Below are positions 1-12,319 of a stretch of 64,000 bases of DNA, piece after piece. The stretch is from NCBI RefSeq assembly GCF_009914755.1, contig NC_060925.1. One strand, 5' to 3'. Position numbers and translations under genes: made by a program. Source of the stretch: the human T2T-CHM13v2.0 reference genome, Homo sapiens. Numbering within the stretch: position 1 is the stretch's first letter; each line of letters opens with the position of its first letter. The notes beneath the pieces are model-generated. The model was not told where the DNA came from, searched no databases, and saw only the letters and a list, made by a program, of their open reading frames with translations.

Positions 1-683
1 CATCCTTCCCAAGGAGACCTCTGGCATTTTATTAGTGTAATTGTGCATAGGGGAAAGGGAAACGATCAGACATTTGGGGGACTACTGGACACTGGCTCTG
101 GGCTGATGTTGATTCCAGGGGAATCAACCCAAAACATCATTGTGGTCCTCCAGTTAAAGTAGGGGCATATAAAGGTCAGGTAATTAATGGAGTTTTAGTT
201 CAGGGCCTAATACAGAGGGTCCAGTAGGTCCCTGGATTCATCTTATGGTCATTTCCCCAGTGCCAGAATGCATAATTGGCATAGGCTTACTTAGCAGCTG
301 GCAGAACCTTCACATCGGCTCCCTGACTGGTAGGGTGAGGACTATTATGGTGGGAACGGCCAAATGGAAGCCATTAGAGCTGCCTCTGTATAGACAAATA
401 GTAAATCAAAACAATATCAAAACAAATAGTAAATCAAAAAACAAATAGTAAATCAAAAACAAAATTTTTTTTTATATCTCCATAATATAGAGATTAGTGC
501 CACCATCAAGGACTTGAAAGATGCAGGGGTGATGATTCCCAACCCATTCCTGTTCAACTCTCCCATTTGGCCTGTGCGGAAGACAGATGGATCTTGGAGA
601 ACGACAGTGAATTATCATAAGCTTAACCAAGTGGTGACTCCAATTGCAGCTGCTGTAGCAGATATGGTTTCATTGCTTGAGAA

Positions 684-1430
684 ATGTGTACCTGGTATGC
701 AGCCATTGACTTGGCAAATGCCTTTTTCTCCATACCTGTCCATAAGGCCCACCAGAAGCAATTTGCCTTCAGCTGGCAAGGCCAGCAATATACCTTTACA
801 GTCCTACCTCAGAGGTATAGCAACTCTCCAGCTCTGTGTCATAATCTTATTCGGAGAGACCTTGACTGCTTTTTGCTTCTGCAAAGTATCACACTGGTCC
901 ATTACATTGATGACATTATGCTGATTGGATCCAGTGAGCAAGAAGTAGCAAGTACACTGGACTTGTTGGTGAGACATTTGTATGCCAGAGGATGGGAAAT
1001 AAATCCGACTAAAATTAAGGAAACTTCCACCTCAGTAAAATTTTTAGGGGTACAGTGGTGTGGGGCCTGTCAAGATATTCCTTCTAAGGTGAAGGATAAG
1101 TTGCTGCATTTGGCCACTCCTACAACCAAGAAAGAGGCACAATGCCTACTGGGCCGATTTGGATTTTGGAGGCAACATGGTCCTTATTTGGGTGCATTAC
1201 TGTGGCCCATTTATCAAGTGACCTCTAAGGCTGCCAGTTTTGAGTGGGGTCCAGAACAGGAGAAGGCTCTGCAACAGGTCCAGGCTGCTGTGCAAGCTGC
1301 TCTGCTACTTGGGCCACATGACCCAGCAGATCCAATGGTGCTTGAGGTGTCAGTAGCAGATAGGGATGCTGTTTGGAGCCTTTGGCAGGCCCCCATAGGT
1401 GAATCATGGCAGAGGCCGCTAGGATTTTAG
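684..1430 (+). pseudogene. pol: HERV-L reverse transcriptase core, 248-codon open stretch of a frameshifted pol
   Basis: RT motifs DLANAFF, LPQ(R)Y.NSP, YIDD, VKFLG; frameshift relative to the upstream 514-924 frame and stops downstream. Confidence 0.9.
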
Positions 1431-3091
1431 AGCAAGGCCCTGTCATCTTCTGCAGATAACTATTCTTCTTTTGAGAGACAGCTCTTAGACTGTTACTGAA
1501 CTTTGGTGGAAACTGAGCATTTGACTATGGGTCATCAAGTCACCATGTGACCTGAACTGCCTATCAGGAACTGGGTGCTTTCTGACCCACCTAGCCATAA
1601 GGTGGGTCATGCACAGCAGAATTCCATCATCAAATGGAAGTGATATATACGTGATTGGGCTCGAGCAGGTCCTGAAGGCATAAGTAAGTTACATGAAGAA
1701 GTGGCTCAAATGCCCATGGTGTCTACTTCTGCCACCCTGCCTGCTCCCCCCCCAGGGTGCACTGATGGCCTCATGGGGAGTTCCCTATAATTGGTTGACA
1801 GAGGAAAAGAAGACCTGGTTCAGAGATTATTCTGCATGATATTCAGGAACCATGCAAAAGTGGACAGCTATAGCACTACAGCCCTTTTCTAGGACATCCC
1901 TGAAGGGCAGCAGTGAAGGGAAATCTTCCCAGTTGGCAGAACTTTGAGCAGTGAACCTGGTTGTGCACTTAGCATGGAAGGAGAAATGGCCAGGTGTGCG
2001 ATTATATACTGATTCATGGGCTGTAGCCAATGGTTTGGCTGGATGGTCAGGGACTTGGAAGAAGCATGATTGGAAAATTGGTGACAAATTTGGGGAAGAG
2101 GTATGTGGATGGACCTCTGAGTGGCCAAAAACTGTGAAGATATTTGTATCCCACGTGAGTGCTCACCAACGGATGACCTCAGCACAGGAGATTTTAATAA
2201 TCTGGTGGATAGAATGGCCTGTTATGTGGACACCACTCAGCCTCTTTCCCCACCCACCCCTGTCGTCGCCCAGTGGGCCCATTAACAAAGTGGCCATGGT
2301 GGTAGGGATGGAGGTTATGCATGGGCTCAGCAACATGTACTTCCACTCACCAAGGCTGATCTGGCTACGGCCACTGCTGAGCGCCCAATTTGCCGGCAGC
2401 AGAGACTAACACCGAACCCTTGATATAGCACCATTACTCATGGTGATTAGTTACCTGGTGGCAGGTTGAATATATTCAACCTCTTCCATCATGGAAAGGG
2501 AAGAGGTTTGTCCTCACTGGAATAGACAATTACTCTGGATATAGATTTGCCTATCCTGCACACAATGCTTCTGCCAAGACTACCATCTGTGGACTCACGG
2601 AATGCTTTATCCACTGTCGTGGTATTCCACACAGCATTGCCTGACCAAGGCACTCACTTTATGGCTAAAGAAGTGTAGCAGTAGACTTATGCTTATGGAG
2701 TTCACTGGCCTTATGTTCCCCATCATCCTGAAGCAGCTGGATTGATAAGAGTGGTGGAATGGCCTTTTGAAGTCACAATTACAACACCAGTGAGGTGACA
2801 ATACTTTGCAGGGCTGGGACAAAGTTATCCAGAAGGCCGTGTATGCTCTAAATCAGCATCCAATATATGGTACTGTTTCTCCCATAGCCAGGATTCGTGG
2901 GTCCAGGATTCAAGGGATGGAAGTGGAAGTGGAAATGGCACCACTCACCATCACCCCTAGTGATCCACTAGAAAATTTTTGCTCCTGTTCCCACGACATT
3001 ATGTTCTGCTGGCCTAAAGGTCTTAGTTCCAGAGGAAGGAAGGCTGCCACCAGGAGACACAACAACGATTCCATTAAACTGGAAGTTAAGA

Positions 3092-3352
3092 TTGCCACCA
3101 GGATACTTTGGGCTTCTCCTCCTGTCTTTAAGTCAACAGGCTAAGAAGGGAGTTACAGTGTTGGCTGGGATGATTGACCCAGACTATCAAGATGAAGTCA
3201 GTCTACTACTCCATAACTGCGGCAAGGAAGAGTATGCAGGTAATACAGGAAATTCATTAGGGCATCTCTTAGTATTACCATGCCCTGTGATTAAGGTCAA
3301 TGGGAAACTACAACAGGCAGGACTACAAATGGCCCAGACCCCTCAGAAATGA
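3092..3352 (+). pseudogene. HERV-L dUTPase remnant
   Basis: GVTVLAGMIDPDYQDEV resembles dUTPase motif 3; position after integrase is characteristic of ERV-L. Confidence 0.85.
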
Positions 3353-3799
3353 AGGTTTGGATCACTCCACCAGGAAAAAAAACCACAACCTGCTGAGCTG
3401 CTTGCTGAAGGCAAAGGGAATACAGAATGGGTAGAAGAAGGTAGTCATCAATATCAGCTACGACCACGTGACCAGCTGCAGAAATGGGGACTGTAATTGT
3501 CATGAGAATTTCCTCCTTCTTTTGCTAAAATCATGTTTGTGCATGTATACACTTGTACTAAGAAAATATCTTCATTTTATTTCCTTTTTCTCTATGATGT
3601 GACATAAGATTTATTGACTTCATAGCAGCATTTAAGTATTGTTAACTTTATATAATAGTATTTGGGTTGGGGATTGGTGCCTTTCTGGTTGTATGAAGGA
3701 TAGTTGTATTATGTTAGGTGTAATTATGACATTATTGTCTTTAAGATTATGTATGACCTCAGGAGGTGTGTATGGGTTCAAGTTGACAGGGGTTGGAGT

Positions 3800-4242
3800 T
3801 GTGATTGTTAATGCTCTGTGTCAACTTGATTGGATTGAAGGATACAAAGTACTGATCTTGGGTGTGTTGGTGAGGGTGTTGCCAAGAGATATTAACATTT
3901 GAGTCAGTGGGCTGGGGAAGGCAGATCCACCCTTAATCTGGTGGGCACAATCTAATCAGCTGCCAGCGAATATAAAGCAGGCAGAAAAATGTGAAAAGGA
4001 GAGATGGGCCTAGCTTCCAGCCTACCTCTTTCTCCCATGCTGGATACTTCCTGCCCTTGAATATTGGACTCTAAGGTCTTCGCTTTCAGGACTTGGATTG
4101 GCTCTCCTTGCTCCTCAGCTTACAGATGGCCTATTGTGGTACCTTGTGATCATATACGTTTATACTTAATAAATTCCCCTTTATATATATATATATCTAT
4201 GTATATCCTATTAGTTCTTTCCCTCTAGAGAACGCTAATACA
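3800..4242 (+). mobile_element. MLT2A (MLT2A1/A2-like) 3' LTR of HERV-L
   Basis: Starts TGTGATTGTTAAT..TGTCAACTTGATTGGATTGAAGG; AATAAA near 4168; (TA)n; ends CTCTAGAGAACGCTAATACA. Confidence 0.92.
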
Positions 4243-5101
4243 CCATCCTTGATTAAATCCCTTCACCCTCTCTCCATCTTTGTAAAAATTCTCCTCATTA
4301 AATTATTGTTCAGTGAAGCCCTGCTGACATTACTGCCTCTTTCCTGCCAAGATCAGGATGATACATAAAGATACTTCTTGGAGTCCCAGGGGGAGCCAGA
4401 TTAAATCCAAGGAAACTTTTCCCTTTGCCATTATTAGCATTTAACATTGGATGTATTGATTCAGTGCCTGCTCTGGGTTAGGCATCCACTCTCATTCTAA
4501 CTGCCTTCACTGTGGTTTATACTTTGACACCAAAGGAGGACCTCTCATCCCTGCTGGGTTCTGCTTGGCATGACTCACTTTGTGCCACATTGCTGTTGCT
4601 GCCAGTCTCCTGATATTCACAAAGTTGCAAGTGCTTGCTGTGCCCAAGTGGAGTCATGTTTCCCAGAGCCTTCACTGTGCTGAGGCCATGACAGTTCCAC
4701 CCAGGATTGAGGACAACATTCCCCTCTCCTACTGTGACAATCTCACTGAGCACAGCTGTCTCTAGTTACAAAGCATCCTCCCTCTCCATGAAAATAGTTC
4801 CCTTTGGCTTTCTCCTGGAGGCCCCTTCCATGGTCTCAAACACAGGTTTGTGCAGCTGGTCTAGGAGTGGTAATAGTATTACGACAAAAAAGATTCTATG
4901 ACTAGGTAAGTCTGGGAAACACTGGATTTAAAGAGCTAAGAAGGGTTTTTTCCCCCTAATTACTCAGAGTCTCTAAGTGCACTGTGAATTTCCAAAAGGG
5001 AGTTTATTGAATATAGCATCTTCCCATGTTATTTGGCCATGAAACACTGGTATCAATGAACATTTCACAGAAAACACTTCCGTGAAATGCTGGTTAATGG
5101 T

Positions 5102-5477
5102 TGTATTAGTCTGTTCTCACGCTGCTATAAAGATATTACCTGAGACTGGGTAATTTATGAAGGAAAGAGGTTTAATTGACTCACAGTTCCACAGGGCTGG
5201 GGAGGCCTCAGGAAACTTACAATTATGGTGGAAGGCAAAGGGGAAGCAAGGACCTTCTTCATGTGGCGGCAGAATAGAGATCAAGGAGTGAAGGGGGAAG
5301 ATCCCATATAAAACCATCAGATCTCATGAGAACTCACCCACTATCATGAGAACAGCATGGAGGAAACCACCCGCATGATCCAATCACCTTCCACCAGGTC
5401 CCTCCCTAGACACGTGGGGATTATGGGAATTATAATTCAAGATGAGATTTGGGTGGGGATACAGCCAAACCATATCA
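5102..5477 (-). mobile_element. THE1 (THE1C/D-like) solo LTR, ERVL-MaLR
   Basis: TGTATTAGTCTGTTCTCAC..CAGCCAAACCATATCA; perfect 5-bp TSD ATGGT (5097-5101 / 5478-5482). Confidence 0.93.
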
Positions 5478-5614
5478 ATGGTGTTACTGTTTTCTAGTAA
5501 AACTAGTTTATTAGTATTTTCACTAATTTGTAGTAACAATAAAATTTTTCATGTTTTTAAATTTTTACCTTGGGCAGACAGTGTGGAATTGCCCATGAGG
5601 GGCTGCTTCAAGGA

Positions 5615-5835
5615 GAGGCAACATAGCGATGTGGAAAATAACTGGAGCTGGGCTCAGCCAGACTTGAGTTGGAATTCTGACTCAGTCATTGAGTGGCATT
5701 AGGCAAATCACTTAACATTTCTGGGCCTCAGTTTTCACTTCAGTAAAATGGAACCAATAGAGTCCATTAAATATGATGAAAATGGAAAAGTATCTATCCC
5801 CAGTGTCTGGAACATAAAGGGTGCTCAACAAATGT
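5615..5835 (+). mobile_element. MIR SINE
   Basis: GGCAAATCACTTAACATTTCTGGGCCTCAGTTTTCACTTCAGTAAAATGG is the MIR core. Confidence 0.75.
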
Positions 5836-8099
5836 GATTTCCCCTCCTTAGAACAAATCTTTCACCTGGGCTTACCGTTTATCAGAAGCCTCATTGACTT
5901 TTTTTTCTAGATTCTTCTCCAGGATCTAAAGGATGGGTAGGACTGGAGAGGCAGACAATAGGTCTTAGTGATTTAGAGGAGAGTATATAGATGGTTTGTT
6001 TCCCTCTTGATTTAATCTCAACTCATTAGCTATGGCAGCGGCTGGAATAGCTTTGAATTCTTGAACTGAATCTTGATAATACTTTTTGAGGCAAAATCTA
6101 CAAGGATTTCTTTATTTCTCATTTCAAATCTGGAAAAAAGTATTTTCTCCTCTAGTTTCTATTTCTTTTCCATGATGTTACATAATCCTTGTTACAAAAA
6201 TAATTGACACAAAATTCCACCACCCAAACACATCAGATATTTTCGTTTTTGTTGGTGACTTTTGGTCTTTACAATGTATCCAGGCTGATGCCTTGTCTTC
6301 AAAATTATTCCTAATTATTACATTATATTCAAAGACTATTATGAGGATTAAATTATGGTAATGTTTGAAAACAAAATCTGTTCTACTGATTGGTACAAGA
6401 TTATATCCCCACTATTAAATAATTTTGATGTTTGCAATCCTTCTATCATTTTTTGTCATTATAATCTTTATGCATGACAAGGATATTTTGAGATACAAAT
6501 TTTTTTCTTCTATATCTCTGGCCTCCTGCTCAAACCCAGAGAAGCTGCTCTTACTCCAGCCTGGAGGTGGTTTGAGGCTGGGCTAAAAGCAGAGCCATCT
6601 CCAAGTTCTTCTGTTCCTGACCTTTGTTTTCAAAAGCTTGAGGTGAGAGTGGAGCTGAAAGGAGAGGACAGCTGGAGGATCTGGAGAGAGGCAGAGTGTC
6701 TTGGAAAAAGCAGGAAGAGCATAACTCTTCCGTTTTTATTTTTTAATGGCACTATCTCCGAAACCTCCTTGGCATAATAGGGTGTGGAGAGAGAGAGAAA
6801 ACTACGTTCCTAAGAATACCCAAAATGCAGGAATCTCATGTCTTCATCCTGGCAGGACAACTGGGAAGGTAGCAAGACCTAAGAAGGGCTGGGCATGATG
6901 GGATGTGGGACATAGAGGAAAGGGTTTTTGGCCTTATGAATGATTCTTTTCTCTTACAGATGACACAGAAACAAGAGAGGGAAGCTGAATCCCAAGGCAT
7001 TGTGAAGGGTGAGGGTGGGTAACAACAGATAACTCACCACCAACCTCTTCCTAACCGCACAGAGCTTCAGCATCACACACGATCCTTGAGCCATGACACA
7101 ACTCTATTTAGAAAAACTCCAATAATGGAAATTAGATTTCCAGGGCCATGGGAGAAATTGGTTTCAGAGTCAGAAATTGAACTGAATTATAGAAATAGGA
7201 TACTTATTTTACTGTGAATGAGCTAAAATTTATATTTGCTACAAATATACATCGTTTTATTTTTTCTTTCTAGTTTGTTTGCTCAAGGATTGATTGATTG
7301 GATCTCAAGTATATACATACATATGTATATATATATTTTGTATCATCTAGATTTTTGTACAATAAATTCCCTTATGGAGAAATACTGGGTCAAAATATAT
7401 AAGCATTTTTAGATCTCATTTCATAGTTCCAGATTGCTTTCTACAAGAATTAATTTAATTTACCTTGATACTAAGAATGATTGGATGGACTGGTTTAAAC
7501 ATATGTTTATTAACTTTAGTTACTAGTATTTAAAAGAAAATATTGCTAATTGAGTAGTGGAAAATGTTACTTCATTTCAACAAAGTTACTAGAAAGTTTG
7601 AATCTTATGCCATGCCTTTATCTATGAAGTGAATTTCTTATGTGTATTGAGTTTTAGTTGGCAACAATTAACTTTGAAAAAATAAATTGCTTTTTACAGC
7701 TTGCTTTTCTTTGTGGATAGTGCATGTCACAGAATATTCTGCATCTTAAGCTTCCTTCCCTATCCAGACCAAATTCCCAACTTCTTACCACTGAAAGATG
7801 TTTTTCATCAAGTGAGTTCAGACCTGATCACCTAAAAGGCCAAGTTGTCCCTTTCAGTTGAGATGGACAGGTTCTAATTAGGCCGTACTATGATTATAAG
7901 GAAACTATTCACTTATGAAATATAGAGGAAATGTGACAGGGAGTGAGGAAATCTATTGCATTATATAAATGGTTACAGACACCTGGGAGTTAAGACTCAT
8001 TACCATTGGCTGCACATTTTCTAAAGGAAATAACCCAGATGAAAGATATGCCTTGGGTGGAGACACACAATATAAGTATTGTGTAAGTAAACTCACATT

Positions 8100-8275
8100 T
8101 CAAGAAAAAAAATAGATTCAAGACATACATAGGCAGGTTGGCTACACGGATATATTGTATGATGCCGAGGTTTGGGCTATAATTGAACCTGTCACCAAAT
8201 AGAGAAATAGTACCTAATAGGTAGTTTTTCATGATCTCTTCCTCCCTCCTTTTGGAGTCTGCAGTGTCTATTGCT
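8100..8275 (-). mobile_element. Older L1 (L1PA16/L1PB-like) 3' UTR fragment
   Basis: CAGGTTGGCTACACGGATATATTGTATGATGCCGAGGTTTGGG..ATAGTACCTAATAGGTAGTTTTTC. Confidence 0.7.
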
Positions 8276-8617
8276 AAACCTACATTTTATTTATGTCTAG
8301 AAAAATTACAACTGCACAAAATGTTACCCTGGAGCACTTTCTTCCATTCAATCCAAGCAAGTTTAAGAGTCCACAGTGCTGAAATAGAGAAGAGCACTGA
8401 ATAAGGAATGCCTTATTTTTTTTCATCTGCTCCCCTTACATGGAGAAATTTTACTCATCTTTTAGGTAGCTTGACTCAGGTGTTATCACCTCCCTGTACC
8501 ATCAGGGGGGATAGGTAATCCTGATCTATGCTTTGGTTTCCATGTTCTTTTGTATTCCTGGAAATCATGTGCTTCTTTCCCCTGTGTCTTCAATTTATCC
8601 CTCTCAACTATACTCTT

Positions 8618-9860
8618 TCTTTTTTTCAAATTTAATTTAATTTTAAGTTCTGGGATACATGTACAGGATGTGCAGGTTTGTTACATAGGTAAATGTGTAC
8701 CATTGTGGTTTGCTACACCTACCAACCCATCACCTAGGTATTAAGCCTTGCATGCATTAGCTATTTATCCTGATGTTCTCCCTTCCCCTGTCCCCCTGAT
8801 AGGCCCCAGTGTGTGTTGCTCCCCTCCCTGTGTCCATGTGTTCTCATTGTTCAGCTCCTACTTATAAATGAGAACATGCAGTGTTTGGTTTCCTGTTCCT
8901 GTGTTACTTTGCCGAGGATAATGGCTTCCAGCTCCATCTATGTCTCTGCAAAGGACATGATCTCATTCCTTTTTATGGCTGCATAGTATTCCATGGTGAA
9001 AAGTGCGACATTTTCTTTATCCAGTCTATCATTGATGGGCATTTGGGTTGGTTCCATGTCTTTGCTATTGTGAATAATGCTGCAGTCAACACACACGTGC
9101 ATGTATCTTTATAATAGAATGATTTATATTCCTTTGGGTATATGGTATATACCCAGCAATGGGATTGCTAGATCAAATGGTATTTCTGGTCCTAGATCTT
9201 TAAGGAATTGCCACACTGTCTTCCACAATGGTTGAATTAATTTACACTCCCACCAATGTGTAAAAGTGTTCCTATTTCTCCACAGCCTCGCCAGAGTCTA
9301 TTGCGTCTTGACTTTTTAATATTCGCCATTCTGAATGGCGTGAGATGGTGTCTCGTGATTTTGATTTGCATTTCTCTAATGATCAGTGATGTTGTGCTTT
9401 TTTTCATATGTTTGTTGGCTGCATAAATGTCTTCTTTTGAGAACTGTCTGTTCATGTCCCTTGCCTGCCTTTTTATGGGGTTGTTTTTTTCTTGTAAATT
9501 TGCTTAAATTCCTTATAGATTCTGGATATGAGACCTTTGTCAGGTGGATCAATTGCAAAAGTTTTCTCCCATTCCATAGGCTGCCTGTCCACTCTGATGA
9601 TAATTTCTTTGCCTGTGTGGATGCTCTTTAGTTTAATTAGATTCCATTTGTCAATTTTTGCTTTTGTTGCAATTGCTTTTGATGTTTTTTTTGTCATAAA
9701 ATCTTTGCCTGTGCCTATATCCTGAATGGTATTGCCCAGATTTTCTTCTAGGGTTTTATAGTTTTGGGTTTTACATGTAAGTCTTTAATCCATCTTGAGT
9801 TAATTTTTGTATAAGCTGTAAGAAAGGAGTTTAATTTCAGTTTTCTGCATATGGCTAGCC
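8618..9860 (-). mobile_element. 5'-truncated L1PA (roughly L1PA8-13): ORF2 C-terminus plus 3' UTR
   Basis: Minus-strand ORF2 peptides ([12 protein letters not shown]; MNRQFSKEDIYAANKHMKK); possible degenerate TSD TCAACTATACTCTT / TCAACTGGACCCTT. Confidence 0.92.
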
Positions 9861-9869
9861 ATCAACTGG

Positions 9870-10545
9870 ACCCTTGCTATCCATAATCAAGCATGCTTCA
9901 GTTTCTTTCAATTTATAAAAGACTCTCTGAAGCCCACATACACCTCCAGATACTGACATTTTTCTCTCCTTCTGTTCAGTGCTGAATTTCTTGACATAAC
10001 TGTCTATGCTCTGTCTCCACTTCATTTTTCATTCCTTCTTCAACCCACTGAAATCTGGTTCTTTCTTGTAATTCCACCAAAACAGCTCTCACTAGAGTTA
10101 CCTTCTTGGTGCTGAACCCAGTGAACAACAAGTTATCATTGTACTAGCCTTATCAGAAGAACTTACCACTATTGAACACTGGCCCCTCTGTCTTGATTTA
10201 CTCTTGCCTTGCCTCTGTGACACCACATTCCCTTGACTTTCTTAACACTTTTCCAGTTTCTCCTCCTGAGCCTCCTTTGCTGGATCCTCATCTTTGTCCT
10301 GACCCCTAGTTGCTGGCAACTCTTCCCCTTCAGGCACCATCTCCACTCCCAGAGTTTCAATCCATATCTTTGCCAATATCTGCTGTCTTTGTATCTCAGA
10401 TCTACTCATCACTTTTTAGTTTTACTTTTGTGTATCCAAACTCCAATATGGCCTCTCTCAAAGGAATTTGAAATCAATATACTCCAGAGTGAATTCATCA
10501 TACTGTCCCCTAACCTGCTCCTTCTCCAGTATCTGTCACTTAGCA
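9870..10545 (+). mobile_element. L2 LINE fragment
   Basis: TCAACCCACTGAAATCTGG..CCACCAAAACAGCTCTCACTAGAGTTACC and pyrimidine-rich L2 ORF2-type sequence. Confidence 0.7.
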
Positions 10546-11129
10546 ATATTCTTCTATACGTTTTGAGTTCTTTCTTGTTTGTTTGCTCAAGGATTTATTG
10601 ACTAATTGATTAGGCCTAAGTTGTGTTTTTCCAACAGTCAAGGAGAAAGTGTTACACTTCATTATCAGCCTAGAAAAACTTCCTGTTTTACCAGAATTAC
10701 TTCCTCAATTCTCCTTTTGAATGTGTCCCATCAGTATTGTCAGTGATATGTAAATTCTTTGCAAATCCTGAGTCTTTTAAAAAATAGAAGATATGTCTTT
10801 TTATTTTACACTTTTAACTTTGAAAGCATACATTTACAATGCTCCTTATGCACTGGAAATAGATGGAATGCAAATAAAGCAGAGTTTGCTTAAAAAAAAA
10901 AGATCTGATGCTTTGAAATGTTTCCAACTATGTGAAAAACAATCACAAAAAGCCTATTCTATCCCCTTTGTGGCTATTGAATGAAGCTGCAGTGGAAGAA
11001 GCTGCCCAGCTGGGACATATCTTAATCATATTTCTAGCCAAACTCTTGCAAAAACACATCAGTTAGAAAAATTCAGAATGCTAATGACAATCTCTTACGT
11101 TTGCATAAGCAAAAACATGCATAAGGGAT

Positions 11130-11320
11130 TGCTTCACAATATGCAAAGTATTTTAGAGTCATTATCTTGAGTCTTGCAGCTGCCCTGACAGATAGGCAGG
11201 GCTTCCTTTATATTTTGCAGATGAGGAAACTGAGGTCCAGAGAGAGAGAAAGTTTTTCAGTATGTAGCTTATAAGCCTAACTGCAGGATATTGAATTCAG
11301 GTCTATGTATTCTGAGTTTA
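11130..11320 (-). mobile_element. MIR SINE
   Basis: ATTTTGCAGATGAGGAAACTGAGG core. Confidence 0.75.
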
Positions 11321-11490
11321 GGACTACCCTCTCTCACACTACCCCTTGCCCTGCCTTTGACTGCAGGAATTCCAGCAAGTATGCTGCACTGTTTTCTTTT
11401 CCAGGGAATAGAGCAGATTGGTTTTAGCAGAAAGGGAAAAACATGGAAGAGAGATAATTTAGAACACCATTATGGAGAAGCATAAAATTA

Positions 11491-11533
11491 TTATAATGGC
11501 AAAAACTGCAATTACTTTTGCACCAACCTAATA
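11491..11533. mobile_element. Half MADE1 (Hsmar1-derived MITE)
   Basis: TAATGGCAAAAACTGCAATTACTTTTGCACCAACCTAATA is one MADE1 arm ending in TA. Confidence 0.85.
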
Positions 11534-11889
11534 GGTTGGCCTGGAAATTAGGGTTTAGAGAGTAGAATAGCAGGAGATAAGGCTGGAAAAGGTAGCTGAA
11601 GTGGCACTTTAGGATTGCCTGAATTCTCCCCACACTGCAGGACACATATGTAGAAGTAATTTTCCAACACAGCCTGTTCTGACTCCTACATCCAAAACAA
11701 CTGTGCAATGGACCATGTAAGCTGGGAAAAATCTTCAAAGTGGCTTCAATTCAGTCTGGAAAGTGGGTAGCTAAGTTATGGTAGTATGTGCTTACATTTA
11801 GCATATCAACTCCCCAGCATCTCCTTGCACCCCAACTTTACCCTTCATTCACAATTTTTAAAAAAGCATTGTGTTTGAGAATGTCTACC

Positions 11890-12005
11890 TTACTGCATTT
11901 CAAGCTCTTTGTGGGCAGGAACTACATCATGTTCATGTGTAATTACATGCCTTCATCTATGCCTAATACAGAGCCTTGCACACAGTAGAAACTCAATATT
12001 AGATA
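11890..12005 (+). mobile_element. L2 3' end
   Basis: AAGCTCTTTGTGGGCAGG..GCCTAATACAGAGCCTTGCACACAGTAGAAACTCAATA. Confidence 0.65.
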
Positions 12006-12129
12006 AACAGACAAGTAGATAAAAGGAATTTGGTGTCTAGAGAGGTTCAGTGATTAGGGATGGAGGAGGCAGTGGCAAATGGGGAAAATAGTGGGTTTTA
12101 TAGAGAAACAATGCATTTTATTGACAAAT

Positions 12130-12310
12130 GGGGCTCTCAACTGTGTTACTTGGGTAAATTCCTTTACTAGTCTGATCCTCATTTTCTTTACATGTGAATT
12201 GGAGATACTAACATTAAGTTTATATTGTTTTAGTGAGGATTGCATTCAATGTAGTTAGATTAACATATAGGTATTTAAATGTATCTGTCACTAAATGTCT
12301 TCACATTTCT
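12130..12310 (+). mobile_element. MIR SINE
   Basis: CTGTGTTACTTGGGTAAATT..CCTCATTTTCTTTACATGTGAATTGGAGATA. Confidence 0.55.
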
Positions 12311-12319
12311 CATATGCAA

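Larger units (their letters stand above)
1..3799 (+). mobile_element. HERV-L internal region (protease end, RT, RNase H, integrase, dUTPase, 3' UTR); begins before the window
   Basis: ORF fragments read as ERV-L pol (FNSPIWPVRKTDGSWR; [23 protein letters not shown]; RNase H YTDSWAVANGL) followed by dUTPase; polypurine-tract-like AGTTGACAGGGGTTGGAG directly before the LTR. Confidence 0.95.

Noticed and set aside
6490-7243. Possible ancient LTR ending ..ATATTTGCTACA
   Set aside because: I could not assign a family, a start boundary or a TSD.
10233-10601. 122-aa hydrophobic ORF resembling a membrane protein
   Set aside because: Leu/Phe/Ser richness follows from pyrimidine-rich L2 sequence, and it starts at TTG rather than ATG.
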